Below, piece after piece: positions 56,905 to 64,000 of a stretch of 64,000 nucleotides of DNA. A program made the translations under genes and the position numbers. Under the pieces are notes generated by a model, which ran no database searches, was not told the DNA's origin, and saw nothing but the letters and a program-made list of their open reading frames with translations. Where the stretch lies: contig OZ316894.1 in the NCBI GenBank assembly GCA_973895155.1, positions 23,558,709-23,622,708 of the forward strand, given 5' to 3'. Numbering within the stretch: position 1 is the stretch's first letter; each line of letters begins with the position of its first letter. Source of the DNA: Marsupella aquatica. Its lineage: Eukaryota; Plantae; Marchantiophyta.

Positions 56905-57385
56905 TAAATAATAAATCTCGTTAGTACTTGATAAAATCTGCCAATGTTTGATTCATTGGAAAACTCAAGATAAAGATTTAAAAACTAGTGATCTCTTTAG
57001 TAATGTCTTGATAAAATCTCTCAATGTCACATTCATTGGAAAGCTAGAGTAAAATTAAAAACTCATCATCTCCTTAGTACTTGACAAAATCTATCAATGT
57101 TAGGTTCATTGGCAAGCTACATGATCTCTCTATTTCTTGACAAATAATCTCAATGTCACACATTAGAAAGCTAAAGAGACTGAAAACCTCCTGATCTCTT
57201 TAGTACCGTGACAAAATCTGACATGAAATTTGTCAATGTTGGATTCACTGTTGGAAAGCTAAAAGAATTCATGAACTCGTGATCAAAATTTCTTATACTC
57301 ACACTCATTGGAAAGGCAAAGAAATTCAAAAACTCATATGGAACTTGACAAAATTTGTCAATGTGAGGCTCATTGGAAACCTTTT
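56905..57385. repeat. Degenerate tandem repeat of about 60-80 bp, about 6-7 copies
   Basis: Recurring TAGTACTTGA.AAAATCT..CAATGT...ATTCATTGGAAAGCTA. Confidence 0.75.
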
Positions 57386-59630
57386 CTCGATTAAGAGATA
57401 TCACAATCTCGTCATCGTCATAAACTTAGCCATTACAAATTGATTTCTTTGATTATGTCATCATTGCTTGTCCACAATGCTTGCTTCCCGGCTTGAATTG
57501 TTTGCATCTCTTAGATAGTCTTCAACTAAAGCTCACTCTGAACACAGGTTGACGCCAAATGCAACCTCTATGTCAAAGAAACAATTGTTGGTCTTTTCCT
57601 CACACCATAGCTTTCTTAAATAATAATAACTACAAATCCTTTGTGTGAAGTGATGGCTCATTCATTTTGTGTGTTCTTCCCACCGAATTGACAAGCGCTC
57701 TTTTGCCAACAGCCTTGGGGCCTCAATCCAAGGGGTGTCCCATATCACGCTCAAAGTTTTGGGGGAATAAACACCCTAAAAGTTAAGTCAATAAAGTTTT
57801 TTTTAGTAATTTTTTTACCCCTAACTTAATGGAATATTCCAAGAATATTCCCATATTTGATATTAAAAAACCCTATGATTCTTATAATTCTCAAAATTGG
57901 ATTAAAATAACCCTAATGTTCTTCAACAAAAATTTAAAAGTATTTCACTAAACCCAATAAAAAAAACCCTATACTTATTCGCGCGTAATGGGTCGGAAGA
58001 AAAGAAGTGAGGACCCCGGGCCAACAGCTAAGTGTTGTGCTCCAATCTGTCTTGTGGCGGTAATGCTCAATGTCAATCACAAACAATCAATCAAGAATGG
58101 TTGAAAGATGATTTCTCCAATGTGTGAGCAAAACCTGTAAAAAAACTCAATTCCTCCACATTCAACCTTCTGTTTGATAAATCTCTATCTTTTGAGTATT
58201 GTTTTTGTACGAGCACACACCAACACCATCGGGAGACTCAAAACCGTCGGTTATCGCCTTGCTGAAAATTGATTTCACTTAATCACACACACATTCCTTG
58301 GATGAACATGGGGGTCCACAGATTAATTAGTTGAGAACTTGGTGTGACAAAGAGAAATAGAGCTTGGACCATGGAACTATGGTGATGTACATTTTTGTGT
58401 TCATAGTGAAGCTCTTGGTGCGACCGTGATGTAACCAGGACAGGGTGAACCATGTATCGTTGTGTTGGTGTACTTGTGTGCTATGTATGGAAGAATGGGT
58501 CCAGACATAATGCTATTGATTTTGATCCTACAGTTACATACAGACAGAAAAAGTTGATACAGATATATTACCAAATAAGTCCATGATCCATATCTTATTG
58601 CCATAAAGATTTGTCACATGCCATGACCGTAAGTCACACTGTAGACCCTAGTGAAGGAAAAAAATAACCAATCCGGCATGTGAAAAAGCTACGGCCATTT
58701 GTTTATGACCAAAAGCCATCATCCGCAACTATGAAGCTTTGAGACGCCCTAATGATGCTAAAATCTAGCCTACATCTACAACAAGAGCTAATATATGTAT
58801 CCCACATGCTTTTGTGCTATTTGCCAGGTTTAGCAGCCATTGCCTCTTCAATCAAGCCCACGTAATTTTTAAGGATTTGTAAAATTGGGCAGGTGGCCAA
58901 TGTTACCTTGTGTCTGCTAGGAGATGCTAACAATATTCCTTAACATATGTGAGTTACAATATTTGTTTCTGATCAGAGATCTCCTTATATTTAAGGAGAG
59001 CCTTCAGATTGTAGCAAAAAGGGCCCTGTAACTTGGTGGGAAACTCACTAATGACACCCAAATAGATGCAGCCAATTTATCCAAAAGTGGCTTCTAATAG
59101 AGGTGGAATATGGCAAAAATGTTGATTCAAACTTTATGGCTCAGCTGAACCCCAAAAAATCCCAAACATTTGTATATTGTAGCTCCTTGTTTCTGGGGCA
59201 TAGCTGGATAAAATGCCTAAAATCTGAGGGCTTTAGCCCCAAGTTTGCAGGGGTTATTAGTGTTCATAATGCCCTCATAGGAGTTTGTATACATAGTCAT
59301 GCATATTTAGAGGGCATTGTGGAATATATTATTCCCCAAAAAACTAGAGCCTCAGCTCGAGTTTTGAGGGACTATTATTGCCCATAATGCTCCAGGATAC
59401 TACACTTGGCCTGGGAGATTTTCATTTTTTTTCTAAATTTAGTAGAAGTAGAGGAGAATCTTCATAAAGAGATGATCCAGATCTCCATGATGGCATTTAT
59501 GCTCCCAGAATGCTCAGAAAAATACAAGGGGAAAAATTACAAAGGGCATTAAGTACACTTTAATCCTTAAAAGATTTTTCACTCCAAGTACTGCTATTTT
59601 GTTTCTCCTTTCTTCATGCTTGAAGACAAA

Positions 59631-59770
59631 CCCAAATTTCATGCAAGTTCAGATTTTATTCTCTTTACCAAGAGACAAATAGAGGACAAATTGCATGGGC
59701 AATGAGCATTTGTCCTCTGTTTGTCTCTTGGTAAAGAGAATAAAAAATCTCAACTTGCATGAAATTTGGG
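59631..59770. repeat. 140-nt near-perfect inverted repeat (foldback)
   Basis: CCCAAATTTCATGCAAGTT...TTTTATTCTCTTTACCAAGAGACAAA.AGAGGACAAAT is mirrored by ATTTGTCCTCT.TTTGTCTCTTGGTAAAGAGAATAAAA...AACTTGCATGAAATTTGGG. Confidence 0.92.
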
Positions 59771-60611
59771 CATTCTCTTCCATAAAGTTGAGAATTATGC
59801 AAAACAGATAAATTTCACAGGGATTTAGGGCTGTCTTGCATGTGCAAGAGTCCTGAAAAATGCGACCCTTAGCAGCCCACAGATGTTGGGAAAAAGTCTG
59901 GACCAAGGATCTAAACACAATCAAGAACACCTTATGTGTGAAGTGCTTATTGAGTCGGGGATCTACTGCCATTTTGTTTTATTCAAAGTTCAAAGTCCGG
60001 GACCTCAAGGGCCGGAAAATTTCCAGCCCTTGCCCTTGCATATCCTCCAAAGACGCCATTAGGACTGCCGGCTTGTCGCCTCATTTAGAGATGCCACGGG
60101 TTCATTTGAGGGCCAAAAATCAAAGGACCTTGCACATGCAAGATGGCCCTTAAGCTCTCATCATGTTCTTAGAGCATCTCGAACCCTAGTGGGTTGCTTA
60201 CTCTAATGAGGGTGTTGGCCAGTCTAGTAAAGAAAATGCAAAGTTAAGTCCAACCCATTCATTTGCCAGTTGCTCATCTCTACTGTAGTGCTTAAAAATT
60301 AATCCAATAAAGGTTGGCTTAGTTTCAGTTGATGGTGCTGCTGGGCACGGTAAAGTGGTAACCTGGAAAAACAGAGTGCTGTCACAGTGGTATCTGTACT
60401 CTTAACACTAACCAATAAAAAAAGTGACAAACTCGCCTGTCCACCGCATGCACAAAGGACAGAATGCCCTCTAAACATATTTCCCACAAGGAAACAAAAT
60501 TACTTTCGGAAGAAAGGAAAACCATCTCCCGAAGTGAAAAGTACACCAGGCTTTATTTGGAAGAATATTAACACTAGTCTTGTCCTTGAACCTGCATTTC
60601 CTCTACTCCCC

Positions 60612-61704
60612 GTCTTCCAATCCTCTAATTGCGCTGCCGAATTCTCTTCCCCGCCAGTAGCCTAAATCGGTCTTTCAGCTCCTTCCTTCTAATTCGTTCC
60701 TGCTTCATGTAACCCAGCTTCCTGATGGCTCAGCCTTGCTCCATTGAGTGCGCTCTTGCTGCCAAAGTCTCCACCTCAATCCTTCAGAGCCCGGTTTGCT
60801 GCGTATTCATTCAACCATTTTCTATGGCTGCCCTCTTCCACTCCTCCAATTGCTGCCGAATTCTCTTCCCCGCCAGTAGCCTAAATTGGTCTTTCAGCTC
60901 CTTCCTTCTAATTCGTTCCTGCTTTATGTAACCCAGCTTCCTGATGGCTCAGCCTTGCTCCATTGAGTGCGCTCTTGCTGCCAAAGTCTCCACCTCAATC
61001 CTTCAGAGCCCGGTTTGCTGCGTATTCATTCAACCATTTTCTATGGCTGCCCTCTTCCACTCCTCCAATTGCTGCCGAATTCTCTTCCCCGCCAGTAGCC
61101 TAAATTGGTCTTTCAGCTCCTTCCTTCTAATTCGTTCCTGCTTTATGTAACCCAGCTTCCTGATGGCTCAGCCTTGCTCCATTGAGTGCGCTCTTGCTGC
61201 CAAAAGTCTCCACCTCAATCCTTCAGAGCCCGGTTTGCTGCGTATTCATTCAACCATTTTCTATGGCTGCCCTCTTCCACTCCTCCAATTGCTGCCGAAT
61301 TCTCTTCCCCGCCAGTAGCCTAAATTGGCCTTTCAGCTCCTTCCTTCTAATTCGTTCCTGCTTCATGTAACCCAGCTTCCTGATGGCTCAGCCTTGCTCC
61401 ATTGAGTGCGCTCTTGCTGCCAAAATCTACACCTCAATCCTTCAGAGCCCGGTTGCTGCGTATTCATTCAACCATTTTCTATGGCTGCCCTCTTCCACTC
61501 CTCCAATTGCTGCCGAATTCTCTTCCCCGCCAGTAGCCCAAATTGGTCTTTCAGCTCCTTCCTTCTAATTCGTTCCGCTTCATGTAACCCAGCTTCCTGA
61601 TGGCTCAGCCTTGCTCCATTGAGTGCGCTCTTGCTGCCAAAATCTCCACCTCAATCCGTCAGAGCCCGGTTGCTGCGTATTCATTCAACCATTTTCTATG
61701 GCTG
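60612..61704. repeat. 219-bp tandem array, about 5 near-identical copies
   Basis: ATGGCTCAGCCTTGCTCC recurs at about 60724, 60943, 61162, 61382 and 61599; only scattered SNPs and 1-bp indels. Confidence 0.97.
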
Positions 61705-62315
61705 CAGCATCACCTCCCATTCAGTAGACTGTATCCCAAAACTGTAGACGAAATTGAAAAACCTTTGTAATCTTGTGTTTACCTCATTTTCTTCCAAGTT
61801 CCCATTCCTGAGGGTGTTGAATACTTCAAACCCTGTGCATACCCGAGGGGGAAAACTAGAAATTTGGAAACCCCTTAGTTCTGAAGTCCAGGAAAATATC
61901 AGATGTATGGATGGGTTTGTCAAGTCAAAGTCTAGTATCTCCTGATCGTAATGAATTTCTGATCCGAAGTGAGGTCTTGTTATTGACATGTGGTGGATCT
62001 ACAAACGTCGAGTCCGAAGTTTGATTCCTGGACCGTCTGCTCTTTGATTTATTTTCGGACCACGATAATGCTACATTGGAAAATGCTAATGCAAGCCCAG
62101 GCACCATTTGCAATACCATCGACTGAAACATCATATGCACTGCCAAATTGCAGAATATTTCCACTGAATTGCCATCGTCGACGGTTGCAATAACCTCTCG
62201 GGAAAAATGCTTTACGAACGTACTCCCTTCCTTGATCGAGCAAACAAGGACAACCTGATTGTATCTGGGCTGCCCATGTGTACTGCTTTAGATGACGCTC
62301 CAGCTTTCAATCTCG

Positions 62316-64000
62316 TCACCAGTAATCACCACAAGAACACAAGCCATCTTTAAAGTGGTGAAAGCGAGTTGCATCCCTCGCTGTAATCTCGCGTCCGGTC
62401 ACCTTAGATATAAACTTGGTTGCTGTATGGCAATCTAAACACACCCGGAGGTTCTTATATACACGAATTGGTTTTCCCCGAGGGATGCGCATAAGTCCGT
62501 AGGCGATAGCCAGCTTCTCACTATGAGAGCCAAGAGCTAGTACTTTATCCCCCTCATCGATATTCTGCAACACAAGCTGGGTATCGGGAATGTAGCCTTC
62601 AGCCTTCAGTTTTCCAGTCAATTCATCCAAGTGACTATAAATCGCCTTCGCTTCGGGGTGAGATGTATCCCCTGCAACAAATTCATGGATCTTGTTATCA
62701 ACTTCAATCCAGCTACGCCCTGGCTCCTTCCGAACACCTCTCTTTTGCATCATAGTGCGCACCCATGATACCTTCTCCCACTTGCCAGCTGCAGCATAGA
62801 TGTTGGAGAGGAGCACATATGAAGAGGCATTAGTGGGTTCCAACTTGGAAAGCTCGTTAGCCGCAAGTTCGCCCAACTCCACATTACCGTAAGTTCTACA
62901 AGCCCCAAGCAAGGCTGCCCAAGTTACTCTATCTGGTTCAACTGGCATGTCCCTAATGAAGAGCTTTGCTTCCTCCAAGTGTCCAGCCCGTCCAAGAAGA
63001 TCTACCATGCAGGTATAATGCACAACAGTAGGCTCGATACCATAATCTTGAGTCATAGCTAAAAAGAGTCGACGGCCGTCATCAACAAGGCCTCCGTGAC
63101 AACAAGCTGACAACACTGCCCCAAATGTAGTCCCATCAGGCTTCACAAGGTCGGCATTCATTTTTCTGAAGAGTTCCAGGGCTTCATGCCCACATCCGTG
63201 TTGTGCAAGTCCACTGATCATTATAGTCCATGTGACTCCATCGCGTTTCTCCATTGTGTCAAAAACCAGTCGGGCATCATCTACACTGCCACTCTTTGCA
63301 TACATGTGAAGGAGTGCATTGCCCACACGCAAATCCGATTCCAGTCCCGCTTTGGTGGCGTGGCCATGAACCTCCTTCACCCACTCCAAAGCGCCCGCAC
63401 TTGCAGATGGATTCAGGATGCTCATATAAGTTATTGCATTGGGTTCGAAGCCTTCCTGTCGCATTTTGAGAAAAAGTCGATATGCTTCATGTCCACTCCC
63501 ATGTTGTGCAAGTCCACCGATCATTGTATTCCATGTGACGACATCGCGTATCTCCATCTTGTCAAAAACTAGTCGGGCGTCATCTATACTGCCCGTCATT
63601 GCATACGTGTGAACAAGCGCATTGCCCAGACGCAAATCTGACTCCAGTCCCGCTTTGCTAGCATGGCCATGAACGTCCTTCACCCACTCCAAAGCCCCCG
63701 CACTTACTGATGCATTCAGGATGCTGATGTAAGTGATTGTGTCTGGTTCGAAGCCTTCCTGTCTCATTTGGCGAAACAGTCGATATGCTTCCACACCACG
63801 ACCACTGTCAGCATATGCTCCAATTATTATGTTCCATGCGATTAGGTCTCGTTTTCCCATTCTGTCAAACATTAGTCGGGCATCATCCACATTGCCACTA
63901 GCGGCATACGCACTAATCATCACACTCCAAGCGATGGAATCTCGATTACTCAATTTTTCAAAAACTCGCCTTGCCTCCATGATGCACCCACTCTTTGCAT
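62316..64000 (-). CDS. PLS-class pentatricopeptide repeat protein with E1-E2-DYW deaminase domain (organellar C-to-U editing factor); 5' end lies beyond the window
   Basis: P-L-S repeats, PG box PGRSWIEV, HSEKLA, CLDCH and terminal CSCGDYW; intronless, frame open to the window edge. Confidence 0.97.
   Translation of the reverse strand, partial: AKSGCIMEARRVFEKLSNRDSIAWSVMISAYAASGNVDDARLMFDRMGKRDLIAWNIIIGAYADSGRGVEAYRLFRQMRQEGFEPDTITYISILNASVSAGALEWVKDVHGHASKAGLESDLRLGNALVHTYAMTGSIDDARLVFDKMEIRDVVTWNTMIGGLAQHGSGHEAYRLFLKMRQEGFEPNAITYMSILNPSASAGALEWVKEVHGHATKAGLESDLRVGNALLHMYAKSGSVDDARLVFDTMEKRDGVTWTIMISGLAQHGCGHEALELFRKMNADLVKPDGTTFGAVLSACCHGGLVDDGRRLFLAMTQDYGIEPTVVHYTCMVDLLGRAGHLEEAKLFIRDMPVEPDRVTWAALLGACRTYGNVELGELAANELSKLEPTNASSYVLLSNIYAAAGKWEKVSWVRTMMQKRGVRKEPGRSWIEVDNKIHEFVAGDTSHPEAKAIYSHLDELTGKLKAEGYIPDTQLVLQNIDEGDKVLALGSHSEKLAIAYGLMRIPRGKPIRVYKNLRVCLDCHTATKFISKVTGREITARDATRFHHFKDGLCSCGDYW

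Noticed and set aside
60612-61704. Repeated 60-68 aa ORFs (MAQPCSIECAL...) or a CRISPR-like array
   Set aside because: Head-to-tail units without unique spacers; 1-bp indels break the ORFs; eukaryotic context with no cas genes.

Overview
Intron-containing land-plant nuclear DNA, probably a seed-free plant such as a bryophyte (inferred from the style of the PPR repeats; the species cannot be identified). Genes: the last exon of a small Lys/Glu-rich protein, a tandem pair of At3g56230-like BTB/POZ genes, a three-exon CYP71-clan cytochrome P450, argininosuccinate synthase, chlorophyll synthase (CHLG), a PHAF1/UPF0183-family gene, and the 3' part of a PLS-class PPR-E-DYW RNA-editing factor. The 11-28 kb region is a Ty1/copia cluster: one full-length but disabled element with a 639-bp TIR element nested in its RNase H, one element lacking gag/protease, a Bianca-like fragment and a solo LTR. 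There is also a 5'-truncated retroposed insertion with a 19-bp TSD, three long hairpins and several tandem arrays, including a 219-bp array behind the PPR gene. I see no clearly new biological system; the best leads are the nested element with atypical termini, the long hairpins, the 219-bp array and the PPR target prediction. All coordinates and exon boundaries were read by eye.
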